Positions 11,828-24,420 are shown, numbered from the whole stretch's first letter. The stretch: DNA of 63,403 bases, filler included, from Reticulomyxa filosa (GCA_000512085.1; 19 parts of 19 records of this genome joined end to end with filler, not necessarily neighbours in it); one strand, 5' to 3'. The notes: a model not told the origin generated them from the letters alone. A program made the numbers and translations.

Positions 11828-14429
11828 NNNNNNNNNNNNNNNNNNNNNNNNNNNNNNNNNNNNNNNNNNNNTTAATTAATTAANNNNNNNNNNNNNNNNN
11901 NNNNNNNNNNNNNNNNNNNNNNNNNNNATGTTCACCAATCATGAGTTGAACAATTGCGTGAACTATAAAAAAGAAAAGAATTTTTCAAGTAACATTATTC
12001 ATCACAAATGTTTAGTGAAATTGAAAAACTAATGCACAAACGAACTCTCCAAGCAAGAAACATTCGAAGATGATGTCTTGGGCTGCAGAATGCAAGAAAG
12101 GACTGATTCAACTTTATTTGGGTTGTTATCAATCAACCAGTTCAGACATTGATGCGAATAAAGAATGGCGAAAGAATGTATCAAAAAAATAACAACAATT
12201 AGAGTAAACACATTCGATCACAGTAATGACAACAAATCACACAAGACTAAAAAGAAAAAAAACAAATAAGGATGAGCCAATATGTTTTTGTTGTGGCATA
12301 TTTCATTATCGAGTGGATTGGACGGACAACATTGCACAATTTTGGATATTGTGCCAGTGTTGTTTTCATTTCTACGTGTTTGTGCGTATTCCGGATCCAT
12401 GTATTTGCTTTGCTTCGGCTGATGCAGCAACAGCACGCTTTGCAATACATTGTATCATCATCGCTATCATTGAGACTCAATCGAAAGTGTCTTTGGCAGC
12501 AATACAAGAGGCGAAGAAGAAAAAAGAGGAGATATGTTGATACAACTGTGACTCCAAGATTAGACAATATATCAACGTCTCAAGTGCCAATGACGAAACG
12601 GAGCCAATAACGATCACAATGGAAATGGCAGCCGATTGAGAGGCAGTATTCGTGGCCTTGTTCTATTCACATTTAATACAATGATTTGATCATTGTATAA
12701 TGTGTTAATCCTTCACTAGATATGAATCAAGGCAAAACGCGTAATAATGGGGTCGTGTTCATATTCACAATAGCAGGATTGTTTGTGTATTGGCGAAACG
12801 AAGTGACCCTTGAGAACGCAGGTATTACTGCAATGGCGAGATGTGATATTGAGAGTTTATGCATTGTGATAAGGATGACAATTATTTTCTTGACTAATGT
12901 CGTCTTGGAAAAGATCCACCAATTTGTTTTTGAATGAGTGGAAATGGTACTCCCAATACTGTGGACGAACCAATATTGTTTCCCGGTCCAATCTCTTCAT
13001 GTGTTTTTTCCATTGATATTATTCTCTGGTGTTGGTGCTATTCATCATGGAAGAATCACTATACTATTATTATTTTCTGGATATCGTTTGCAAACCAAAT
13101 TTTCTTTGTTGTTTTTGTGATGCTTCTGTTCTCACCAAGACAGCAGTCTTTGCTTCAGCATTCTTTTCTTTTTCATTTGCGGCTCCACCACATATGCCTC
13201 CGTAGACTTAGTACATTCCAGTTGTTGTAACAACAAAAACAACAAACANNNNNNNNNNNNNNNNNNNNNNNNNNNNNNNNNNNNNNNNNNNNTTAATTAA
13301 TTAANNNNNNNNNNNNNNNNNNNNNNNNNNNNNNNNNNNNNNNNNNNNAACAAACTCGAATTGGATAAAATAGGGATCCGGCAATGAACAAAGTTTTAAT
13401 TGCATTCGAAACCATGCAAACGATTGCGATTTAAATATGAAAGGAGGTACGTACACGTGGAAAGTCAGCTGTGATGAAAAATATTCAATGTTTCAAGTTC
13501 GACATGTTAATTTTTACTTTTTCCATTTTTGTTTTTGTTATTGATCGATGTTTTTTGGAACTTTTTTTTAAAGATATAATTGTCATTGTTCGTGTGATAA
13601 CTTATTTATTACAATCATAACAATAATAACGATAATAGTATCTGGCAATAACAAGATTTGAAATGTATGGTGAGCTTCAAGAACCAGTGATGCAACAAAT
13701 AAGCAAAGGTTTGTATAAAATTTTTTTTTTGTTTCAATGCAACAAACAAATAAACAAACAAATAAATAAATAACAATTAACAATGTAAAGTGACACAATA
13801 GTTGTTTGTTGTTGTATTTTCAATTGTGTTGAAATGCAAACAAAAGGGTCGCTGTTATTTGAGTATTCCTACGACTTTAATATCAATGATGTTTGCAATT
13901 GGTTAGATACGAACAATGGGAGGACACGTGGCAAAATCCAGTATTGTGTGGAGACATTCATGTGTTGTATTCATCTATCGCATCGGACAGCAAGCATGCT
14001 CATTGTGTGATTGGTCGTGAGCTTATTCGTTTTGTCAAATAGCCAAAGAAGCAGTCGTTTTTTGTCATTGATTTTAAAGACATTAAAATTATTCCAACTC
14101 ATTATTCATTGAAGTTTTGACCACTTTTATTTGTTGTTTTTTGTATATAGTCAAATGAATCATTTAATTAATTAAATAATTTATTATAAAAAAAAAAGGC
14201 ATTACATTATATTTAATACTGGACGCTTGCGCAATTGGAAATTTGAACCAAGTGACGACAGCACGGACGGTGTCAATGGGCAATGGATGTCTATGATCAC
14301 TAATAACAACGACCAGTTATTAAATCGAAAGGTTGCAACGCATACTTGGACAATTTATTCTTACGTTGTGGACATTACATATCGTGGGACAAAGAACAAT
14401 TGTGTTTTTTGGTGTTGGATGAAGTGACG

Positions 14430-14472
14430 ATGGAATATCATGCATCCCCCGTCTCCGAAAGGAGTCAAAAAG
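14430..14472 (+). repeat. Third-locus copy of the CCCCGTCTCCGAAAGGAG unit
   Basis: The 18-nt core is identical to 11050-11067 and to the minus-strand copy near 46707-46724, and is followed by a GT donor. Confidence 0.8.
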
Positions 14473-14661
14473 GTTTGCAATTTATTTTATTTTATTTTTT
14501 AATATATTAAATTATGATTTGTTTGATAACAGATCGCAAAAAAAAGAAAAGTTGTACATCANNNNNNNNNNNNNNNNNNNNNNNNNNNNNNNNNNNNNNN
14601 NNNNNTTAATTAATTAANNNNNNNNNNNNNNNNNNNNNNNNNNNNNNNNNNNNNNNNNNNN

Positions 14662-14759
14662 ACAAAGTGCTTATTGCAGTTTTTGCATAAAAACTTTTGT
14701 TTACCTCTTGTTAAACCATGCCTGACATATTTTTCTGAATTACAAAACCTGCAATGCAT
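14662..14759 (-). mobile_element. Bacterial IS1-family-like transposase N-terminus (zinc ribbon), truncated by the contig end
   Basis: Translates to MHCRFCNSEKYVRHGLTRGKQKFLCKNCNKHF, matching the InsA-type CxxC..G....Q.(F/Y).CxxC pattern. GGAG Shine-Dalgarno at 14765-14768. Confidence 0.75.
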
Positions 14760-14783
14760 TATCACTCCATACTAGTTGCTCCC

Positions 14784-15284
14784 CTAATATAACATGTATC
14801 TAAATGTTAGCAATCCCGAAATTAAATTACTAGCTACATACCATGATCCAACGCAAAGTAATCCGCTGATAAATATGGTATTGTCAAATCTTCCTTTTCT
14901 ATTAGGCATTAATCGCTGATTTTCATGATAGAATCCTGTTAATCCTAATGCCAATTCTATTCCATTGGCTAACTTGCCGTGAACGCCCCAATAGTGATTT
15001 ATATTTGATAAAGCTGAGTAAGCAAAGATTCCTAACGTAGATAAACCCAATACTCCGGCAGCATTTTCCGCCAAGCCAGGAAGAGTTGGATTCAGAGATA
15101 AAAACAAGCTCAATGAGTCTCTAGCAAAATGCCCTAAAATATAGGATAAAGCAGCTGGTTTTGCTAAATCAGAAATATTGCTAGAAACAAAGCGATTAGA
15201 AATCGCAACCGCGCCTGCAAATAGTAACCCGCCGAAAAATAATTGTTTAAAATTTGGTTGATTATTATCAGAATGGTAAAACAT
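14784..15284 (-). CDS. Bacterial hypothetical multi-pass membrane protein (166 aa)
   Basis: Intronless ORF with AGAGG 4 nt before the ATG and several Gly/Ala/Leu-rich hydrophobic segments. Confidence 0.8.
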   Translation of the reverse strand: MFYHSDNNQPNFKQLFFGGLLFAGAVAISNRFVSSNISDLAKPAALSYILGHFARDSLSLFLSLNPTLPGLAENAAGVLGLSTLGIFAYSALSNINHYWGVHGKLANGIELALGLTGFYHENQRLMPNRKGRFDNTIFISGLLCVGSWYVASNLISGLLTFRYMLY

Positions 15285-15415
15285 AAAACCTCTAAAAATG
15301 TTTTTTTGGAATTTAAGAGGTTAATTCTGGAATGTCAAAGCAGTTTATATTTTAAATTTAAGGATTCAATTCAATAGAAAAATGTAATTGATACCAATTT
15401 ATAATAATAAAAATA

Positions 15416-15444
15416 TTGCAAAAGAGCATGAATCTGGTTAAGTT
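15416..15444 (+). promoter_or_regulatory. Putative sigma70 promoter of tRNA-Met
   Basis: TTGCAA-N17-TAAGTT, ending 18 nt upstream of the tRNA. Confidence 0.5.
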
Positions 15445-15462
15445 TGGCACTGAAAGTTTTCA

Positions 15463-15468
15463 GGCGGA

Positions 15469-15505
<37 letters not shown>

Positions 15506-15539
15506 TGGGTCGGGGGTTCAAGTCCCTCCTCCGCTACCA
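15463..15539 (+). tRNA. tRNA-Met (CAT), bacterial elongator type
   Basis: Full cloverleaf: acceptor GGCGGAG/CTCCGCT, D arm GCTC/GAGC, anticodon stem ACGGA/TCCGT with CAT, T-loop TTCAAGT, encoded CCA. It lacks the initiator C1 mismatch and the GGG/CCC anticodon stem. Confidence 0.95.
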
Positions 15540-15683
15540 ATACAACCCACATTTATATTTAACTATTTGTAAAGTAACATCCTTGCTTTATAAACTGTTC
15601 GAAAAAACATCCTTAAATAACTCATTTTCTACTATATGAGAAAGTTAATAAAACATTGAAAATGATGGATATTTGTCACGAAA

Positions 15684-15950
15684 TTGAGTAAAATAGGCGA
15701 AAATATAAATTATTATTGGTTGTTGTTTGGGAGTAAATCAAAAAGTACTAATTCTTTTTTTCGAGAAGTTATTGAGATTAACCATTTTACTAAAAAAGGT
15801 GCAGATGCTTTTGTTGAACTGTTTAGACCCACTGGTCTTAAATGGATGCTGGTTGAGCATGCAGGCGGATATTTCTTAACAGGTGATATACTTGATAATT
15901 TAAACAAAGCTGGAGGGGCAGGGCGATCGGATGAAATAAATACAAAATAG
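15684..15950 (+). CDS. Bacterial hypothetical protein, C-terminus probably interrupted by ISAs1
   Basis: 88-aa ORF whose last ~10 codons lie inside the putative IS left end at 15919. Start codon uncertain. Confidence 0.45.
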   Translation: MSKIGENINYYWLLFGSKSKSTNSFFREVIEINHFTKKGADAFVELFRPTGLKWMLVEHAGGYFLTGDILDNLNKAGGAGRSDEINTK

Positions 15951-16140
15951 TTGAGAAAAAGAGAGGAAAGTAGAAGCATAGAGGTATAAACCAAAAGAGA
16001 GGTTATATGCCATCAAGCAATAAGAGTTTTATAAACTATTTTAATGAGATAAGAGATCCAAGGCAGGAAGCAAAGGTCATTCATAGGTTAGATGACTTAT
16101 TTCTAGTAACATTATGCGGAGTAATAAGCGGAGCAGATAA
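15919..16140 (+). mobile_element. ISAs1-family insertion sequence: left end and transposase start (16007)
   Basis: FINYFNEIRDPRQEAKVIHRLDDLFLVTLCGVISGAD is the typical ISAs1/H-repeat N-terminus. GAGAGGT Shine-Dalgarno. CAGGGCGATCGGATGAA resembles ISAs1 termini, which begin with CAGGG. Confidence 0.88.
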
Positions 16141-16745
16141 NNNNNNNNNNNNNNNNNNNNNNNNNNNNNNNNNNNNNNNNNNNNTTAATTAATTAANNNN
16201 NNNNNNNNNNNNNNNNNNNNNNNNNNNNNNNNNNNNNNNNTTAATAAAAAACCAAAATGATATTTAAAAACTACACGGTTCGTAAATATTTCTTTAAAAA
16301 TTTTGATTAAACGTTGTTTATCATGTAGAAACACAATCATCTCTATAAGGTGGCATTTTAGGTTTCAACTTTCTTTTTTATCTTAATGTAGAAAAATATA
16401 TTGAACAGTGTAGTTTATCATCTAATATGCATGTATATGCTCAACAACATAGCATAAATATTTTTTTTCATTTTTTCATCAAAAATACATATTTTTTTAT
16501 GACAAATGATTTTATATTCGTAATAATATGTAGAACAATATGTAGAATATATATGTTTCAATTTGCATGCTGAATAATTTTGAATTACGAGTTAAAAAAG
16601 TAAAATTCAAATATGTTGTGATATTACAAAAATAATGTGCAAGAAATTGTCCATTTGAATTTATTTCAATTAAATCAACATTAACATGATTGAAATAACA
16701 TCACATATTACAAAGCAAAACAATATTATAATATCAAAATTATGA

Positions 16746-17150
16746 TTATATTTGATAATAAATATCATTGAGATTATTCTTATTTGATTCAAAAACAAGA
16801 CCACAGCTGACTTGTGCCAAATTATCCAAATCGCATTGATTTTCTAGATCACCAAAAATGATAGTGAAAATGTGTATTATTGTGTGATCGTTAGATGCTC
16901 CAACTGAAGTTGGATATGGATTAATCAGATTGTTATGTTCAGTTGTAGTATTTGTTGAGTCATTTCCATCTGTTAATACAACAAACCGTATTCCATTGAA
17001 AAAAATAAACATCAAATCAAAAATAATTTTTTTTTCAATTTGTAACAAAAAAGTCAAAAAGTTAAATTATTTTTTCTACACAAACTTTCCCCAAATCATT
17101 TTATGGAACGGTGTTTTATGGAGCTCTTATCTAAACAAAAGTTTAAGAAT
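16746..17150 (-). pseudogene. von Willebrand A domain gene fragment
   Basis: RFVVLTDGND, IHIFTIIFG and LDNLAQVSCGLVF match the VWA C-terminal half. Upstream exons contain stops. Confidence 0.55.
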
Positions 17151-17576
17151 GTATTTGTCCTACTTTTTAAATATTTATACACTTTTATCGTGACTTGGCA
17201 GTACCTGAACACATTATAGTGAGCACTAGTGCAGAATTTGTAAATGTAAAACATAGAATGTTATTTCAAGCTAATTTCAGCAAAACAAAAATAAAATGAA
17301 AGAAAACTAATAAAAGAGAAAGTATAACGTGGGTAAAGAGTTAGTAAGTTTTGAAAGAAGAGATGCTACTGTTAGTTTGAACACAGTATAGCTTTGCCCT
17401 ACATCATGACAATCCAAAGTTGTTTATTAACAATCTTCATTTCTTAGTTTTCTTTTAATACAAGTTAATTTGGATCNNNNNNNNNNNNNNNNNNNNNNNN
17501 NNNNNNNNNNNNNNNNNNNNTTAATTAATTAANNNNNNNNNNNNNNNNNNNNNNNNNNNNNNNNNNNNNNNNNNNN

Positions 17577-18496
17577 TTTGAATTACCACCAATAATTTCA
17601 TGATTATTCTTTATTACAAATGGCGAATATTCAGCAGAAAATATACTATTTGTATGTCCATTGAATTTTTGAATTTCTTGACCAGATCGAATATCCCATA
17701 AACGAATACTTTTATCTTCTGATCCAGATAATAGTGTATTTGCACATCCAATATTTTCTAATTCATTTGACCCGTATTTTATACTAAATACAGATTCAAT
17801 ATGTCCTTTAAAAATGGTTGACTGCTTTACTGTTTCGATATCCCATGTACAAATTGTTCCATTTTGATATCCGGAACAAATTGCATATCCATTACCACCA
17901 ATCATACCAACATTATTATTTTTATTAGCATTGCTTTGTAATGGTGAAATAGCAACACACAAAATACTGTCATATCCTCTATAGATATGTTTTGCTTTAC
18001 GCATTTTTATATCCCATAAACGAATGGTACAATCACTAGATCCAGAGAATAAATATTGGCCATTATTAAATGGCGAAAATGAAAAATTAGTAACAGATTT
18101 AGTGTGTTCTTTGACCACACAAATTTCTTTATCAGAGCTGAAATCCCAAAAACGAATTGTTTTATCTCTGGATGACGAGCAAACGACATGGCGTTCATAG
18201 TTTTGATAATATTGTGAAAATTTCACACAGGATACTACACTTTCATGGCTTTTAAAAAATTTGAATTTTTCATTATTAATATTATATATAGACACAGTTT
18301 GATCATGTGATCCAGAACAAATAAATTGCTCATCACCAAATGTTGAATAATCGATACTCCATACATATCCACTATGTACATTTAATGTTTTGATTGCCTC
18401 ATATGACTTAAGTAAATCAAATGCGAATGTTGATGCTGTATTATCTTTTTTTTCCTCATTATTTTTCAATTCTTGGATGTCGTTGCATATATTTTC

Positions 18497-18528
<32 letters not shown>

Positions 18529-19314
18529 AATTTATTTTTTATATTTAAAAATAAATTAACAAAACATACTACTTTTTGTTTTGATATTGCATTTCCATTT
18601 TCTATTTCCTTTTTCAATACTTCAATATTTTTTTTATACTCTTCGTTTTTTTTCTTTAATATATCTGCTTCGTCCTATATTTATTATAATTATATTATAA
18701 ACATTTATAAAAAAAAAATAACAAACTTTTAATTTTAAAATGGTATCTTTCATCTCGTTAAATTTGATCGCTACTAAGTTAAAATGGGCTTCCAAGTGTT
18801 CAATTAGATGCATTTTTAAATCTTTCCTTTGACAAGAATATCTACATCCAAATGACCTGAACCAGCAGTCACATTTTTTTAAAGGACATTCATTCAAATG
18901 ATGATTTAAATTTCTTATTATACCTTTAAAATTACATACAATTTTTTCATCCGTATTTTGTTCTTTTCTTTTTAATTTTGCATCATATTGTAAGGGGCAG
19001 ACAATTTTCAATTCATTAACAATATATGATAATACGCTTGATTCGATATAATTGCAGCCATCATGACAAATTATATTATTATCTTTGATACTTTGTTTAA
19101 GGCATCTTTCTCCAGCGACTAATGGCTTATTATCCTTGTATTCTTTGCATTTAATTTCAACTGGATCATTTGCAACTTTGCTGCAAATCTGGCAAATGAG
19201 AATATCAATATTATCTTGGCTGTTCATTTCTAATATCCAATTTTTGTCGAAACATGAATTGAATGATTCTGCAATTGACCCACTTTGAATGATTCCATCT
19301 AAACTTGCACTCAT
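17577..19314 (-). CDS. Degenerate RING/TRAF-type zinc finger, coiled coil and WD40 repeat protein (3 exons, 3' truncated)
   Basis: ICQICSKVANDP, HLNECPLKKCDCWFRSFGC...HL, a short coiled-coil exon at ~18571-18675, then several GH...WD repeats (SGSHDQTV, RDKTIRFWD, SGSSDCTIRLWD, SGSEDKSIRLWD). Confidence 0.92.
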
Positions 19315-19559
19315 TATTTAATGAAGTGACTGGTTTGTTAATGAAAAGAAGTATTTGGAAAGATTCAAAATGTTTGGGAGATAAACAAAAAATTCTTTTT
19401 TCAATTTTTATTGCTTAATAAATGAATTATAACATTGTATTCGTTTTTTCCACTTCAAAAAATCATTATCCAATTGTGGCAATTATTTGAATATTTCAAA
19501 ACAAAAACTCATAAGATTGCAAATTTATAATAAAATTCATTTAATAATTTTAAAAAAAA

Positions 19560-20509
19560 AGGATACTTGAATTTAATTTCATCATTATCTATCATGTTTA
19601 TACAACTTCAACAAACATTCCCTAAGATAGATGAAGAGATCATTTCAGATCTATTACTTGAAAAAATAACAATATTACAAACATGGAGAAGTTGCAATCA
19701 AATTTTTGCTGATGCAATATCGAATTTGAATGAATTAAATAAGTATATTATTTGATTATAGATATGGAAAAAAAATTCCAAAATTTTGGATTCAAAAAAG
19801 AAAATAATAATAATTGGTATTATCAATATAACAATTATTCAAGTATCACATCTATGAGAATGGTATAAATATTAGATCAATTAAATCATTACAACTTGGA
19901 AATCTTCTTTGGAATTCGATATGACATTCACATTAATGAAACACATGCCAAATGGGGTTATCTCATTCTCAATCATACTTAACACTTCCCCACAATTAAT
20001 ATATATGATACAGATAATTTATCAAAGTATGTATCTGTTCATGAAATCAAAAATATACTCATTTCTTTATCAATTATCAAATATACATTTTCCTTTTTTT
20101 TTTTTCATTGTTCCATTTATTCTATTATTACATTGTTACACTTACATTTCTAACATACAGGAGTTCCGCTCTTTCCGTGTCATTTCTAATTCTATTGATA
20201 AGAAAACATACAAAGAGCCATTGAATTTATATTCTACATCATTTTCATTTTAAAGATAGAAGAGATGAATTAATATTATTGGAACGGTAAAATTGACAAA
20301 TGTAAACCAGTAATATCATTGAAAGTGAATGACTTAGATGTTTTATTATATGATATTTACAAACATATTCCCCATTATCCAATTATTCAAGTACATTATG
20401 AAATAAATCATTATTTCATGGTGTCCCACAAATCATCCTTCTATGAAAAGGGCAATTGGAATATTGAGTTGTGATGTAATGATATACTGACATGGTTTTA
20501 TATAATCAA
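19560..20509 (+). pseudogene. Decayed gene with a CUE-like N-terminal motif
   Basis: LQQTFPKIDEEIISDLL resembles the CUE FP..D motif. Downstream sequence is broken into short frames. Confidence 0.3.
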
Positions 20510-21133
20510 NNNNNNNNNNNNNNNNNNNNNNNNNNNNNNNNNNNNNNNNNNNNTTAATTAATTAANNNNNNNNNNNNNNNNNNNNNNNNNNNNNNNNNNN
20601 NNNNNNNNNAATAAATAAATAAATATGATATACATTTATATACATATATATATAATATAAATTAACCATAAAGTTCCATTAGAACGTGCTATATTTTTTA
20701 ATTCTTGTGAATTATTACCAAATTCAAGTGTTCTCCAATTCCACCAAATATTACACTGTCCACATTGCATAACATTGCAAAGGCCTTTGTCCAAAATGTG
20801 AATTCCCAACAATTAAAGATAAAGTCTTAAAACACCAGAGCGCAGCATTTCTTGAAATCTTGAATGTGGGAAAACTGCTGCTGTGAGTAAGGTTTAAGAA
20901 TGATCGCTCCTTTGGTGAGTTTGAACAAAAGAGAGTAAACAAGCACGTTTTGGGAAAAAAGTCCTTCTAAGTTCAGACCGAACTTCCCTTACACTTATTA
21001 GGGCCTTACCCTACAACCGTTTGTTTTAAATTACATGACTTCACCACGAAGTTATAAACAATCAAACGGTCCTCCATTTCAGTGGACGCACCGTAACCTG
21101 TGACAACAAAGCTTTACGTCAGGTTCACCAAGT

Positions 21134-21926
21134 ATGACAAAATCTCAATCCAAACACTCGACAAATACGTTGAATATGAGCGGAACAGTGGCAGTGATTG
21201 ACGACAACTCAACCAATACCCCTCACAACTATCCGCCGTTCCAATATTTTAACAGTCCGCCGGCAATAGGTCAGCTAGGGAGTATCGAGACGCCTAAGGA
21301 TTTGGCGATAGACCTTGACGACAACAAATATAACCGCGACAATATAGTCCAGTTAGTGCAAGACGACAACCGAACGGTGAGTGAAGATACACCAGTGGAG
21401 CTGTCGGAAGACACAGTGTATACGGTTGTGTCGGACAAAAAGAGAGCACAGTGGATATCACCCCGAGTTATATCTCCGTCACTGTCTAGCAATGATCATG
21501 CAGCACACGATAATAGCAAGGAAGGTCCAAAGCGTAGAGACGCCTATGATGACCGTAGTCATGACTCCAGTCAAATCAAGTCAAAAAAACATCGACCTTT
21601 CCACAACACACACCCAAGTCATTACGAGCAACAACAGGCGCTTCGAGTCAGTCCACGTCAGTCCGAACACGGACATAGTCATAACTACGACGACAATTAT
21701 GACCGCGATGACAATCCGGAACAACAGATCTGGGAACTCCAACAAACTCACTCAAATACCAATATCACCACAATTGTTAAGCAAGAAGCGACACAAGAGA
21801 GGAAGAGACAAAAGGCAAAGAGGCGGAGTGAAAGTGCGAATCAAAGTGAAAGTGAACAAGATCAAGATGAAAATGAAGATGAACAAAATGAAGATGAAGA
21901 AAATGAAGATGAAGATAATGAAAAGG
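21134..21926 (+). CDS. Low-complexity hydrophilic protein, 5' part
   Basis: Long open frame with raised GC that ends in an acidic repeat at the contig end. Confidence 0.75.
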
Positions 21927-22026
21927 NNNNNNNNNNNNNNNNNNNNNNNNNNNNNNNNNNNNNNNNNNNNTTAATTAATTAANNNNNNNNNNNNNNNNNN
22001 NNNNNNNNNNNNNNNNNNNNNNNNNN

Positions 22027-22063
<37 letters not shown>

Positions 22064-22185
22064 CACACGCGCCAATGGGTACCAATCCTTGTTTTTGAAA
22101 AAAATATGATAATGCATATGTGTATGTCCAACAATGTATGAAAAAAAAAACACTTGACAATATATATATATGTATATAGTCACAG

Positions 22186-23149
22186 CAAAGAAATGAAGTA
22201 CAATGTAAAGTACTCCGAGGCAAGGAATATCTTCACGTCATTGCAGACGAAATACAACCCGCAAAAATTAAACCCGAAGGAGTTAACACTACAAAGCCCC
22301 CCCCCCCCTGGAGAAGAGGACGTCCAAACATACATATATAAACCACTTGTGCATGTGTGTGTGTGTGTGACAAACAGAAATGCGCTGCGTCGACACACAG
22401 TGGCAACGCCGATGCAAAAGCAAGAGCAAGTGACCAAGGAACAATTGGATGAATACGTGAACGAGTTTGTAAAAAAGCATACGTACCATCCAAAAGACGC
22501 ACGGATGCTGTTCCACTTTTGTGTTGAAGAGCTACAATTGCAAGTGAAATATGGCGCTATTTCGAAAGCCTTTTCTTCTTTTTATACACCTCCAGCTGAC
22601 GTTCAACGGAGATATTCCGTTCCGCAAGTGTTAACACGAAGTGGTACATTTGTTGATTATGACGAATTCATGTCGAAAAAGGTGCCGCCTACTAGTAACG
22701 CTGACTCGAACAATATTGAGAAGACTGATGAACCTACTACTACTACTACTACTACTCAATCTTCATCTCTGTCAACTGACACTGTTGCTCCTTTGACTAC
22801 TGGTAATTTTTTTTTGAAAAGAAATATGCACACATACATTTTTTAAAATCTTAATCACATGCGCATTTTCTGCTTGCTTTATTTTGAAGATACGTCAGTA
22901 AATGACGTGAAAGAAGCGTCTGTCCGAGAAACAATTGAAGATGTAAAAGATATCAATGACCAAAAGCAAACCAAAGAAAAAATTGTCGATTTAACTCCTG
23001 CTTTGTTTAATGAATTGCTGGCCAAATACCAAAACATGTTTCAAAAACCTCCTCAAGAGGCTCGCCAATTATTAACTTTTGCCAATGAAAACGGCTACAA
23101 TATTACTTACGGTGCCATTCGCCGTGCTTGGCCATTGGGCTCAAAGTGA
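22186..23149 (+). CDS. 3' part of a multi-exon gene with a repeated ~45-aa helical module
   Basis: Modules EQLDEYVNEF..HPKDARMLFHF..VKYGAISKAF and ALFNELLAKY..PPQEARQLLTF..ITYGAIRRAW, plus a partial one (KYNVKYSEARNIF). Confidence 0.7.
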
Positions 23150-23847
23150 TAATATATATATACTTTTTTCTTTCCAATTTTCGTTTTGTGTTTTGATTGT
23201 CTTTTTAAGAAAGTAAAAATCGTTGGTTTTGGATTTTTATGGTAAGTCAAGTGTTATTTTGCAAAAATATTCGTAATTTTTGTGTATGGAAGTTACTTTT
23301 TTAGATTTTTGGTATTTTCCGTTTACTTGAAAATGAGGCATAGCACAACTACTATGCACAATTCGGCCATTGACTTTTTGCATTTCTTTCGTTCAATTAC
23401 TTCGCTACTTTAGCTGATTCGGTGAAACGCTTTTTTGAGCAATGCAAATATAAATACTTTATTTTTAATTTAGTATAGTTCGATATTTGAGATTTTTATT
23501 TTCTTTTAATGACTAAAGAGTTGCAAAAAAAGTACACATGAAAACGTGATAAGGTGTTTTAAAAAACTGGAGTTGACGTCGAACTTTTTTATTTCATAAT
23601 AACTACTAAACTATAACTGTAAATAAAAAAGAATGCCGTACAAAGCTTTTGTTTCTCTTGAAAAAGAGGTGCATAAAGTAACACTTGTTTTTCTCAGATT
23701 AAAAAGCTTGAAAGAAAAAGTACTAGAGATAATTAANNNNNNNNNNNNNNNNNNNNNNNNNNNNNNNNNNNNNNNNNNNNTTAATTAATTAANNNNNNNN
23801 NNNNNNNNNNNNNNNNNNNNNNNNNNNNNNNNNNNNAAAAAAAAAAA

Positions 23848-24420
23848 TTGAATACATTTGCATGTCTTGTAATTTTGATCACTCCTGTTTCTTCGAAAAT
23901 CTCTCTTCAATTGATGGACTTCTTTTTTTTTCCTGTGAAGAAAATCACTCCACCAAGGCTTGTTTTCTTTCCACACTGTTTTCATTCCAATTGTTCTTTT
24001 GCCTGCATCCACGACACACTTTGTCCATGATTCCACTGCATAATCCAACAATTGTGAATCATCTGGAAACCACTGTGGCAATGATTCTTTCCATTTGACA
24101 AGACTTGACGATACAATTCATCGTTATCTGTCCTACAATTGCCGCAGAGATGGAATAGTGATGACGAGCACAATGTGATATCAATGGATGACAATGACAA
24201 CCTTCCATCTTTCTTTTCAAATGTGTGATTGAACGGACCGGAATTCAGAATATTCAAATTATTGTTGCTGATGAAATCCAACTCCATCGATATTTTCATC
24301 CAACCATGCTGAATGATGGGCATTCCGATCACCAATTACAATTCCTTCTCGAATAAATTCAAATCGAAACAGACAATCACAGGAACAATTCGATCTTGAG
24401 AGGATTCATCATATCTCCCA
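23848..24420 (-). mobile_element. Decayed non-LTR retrotransposon: APE endonuclease and linker
   Basis: Frameshifted IGDRNAHHSAW, NNNLNILNSG..TF, SSIDITLCS and KPWWSDFL. Confidence 0.8.

Noticed and set aside
14562-14661. Horizontal transfer of bacterial DNA into the host chromosome
   Set aside because: Both edges of the bacterial segment are spacers, so no physical junction is visible.
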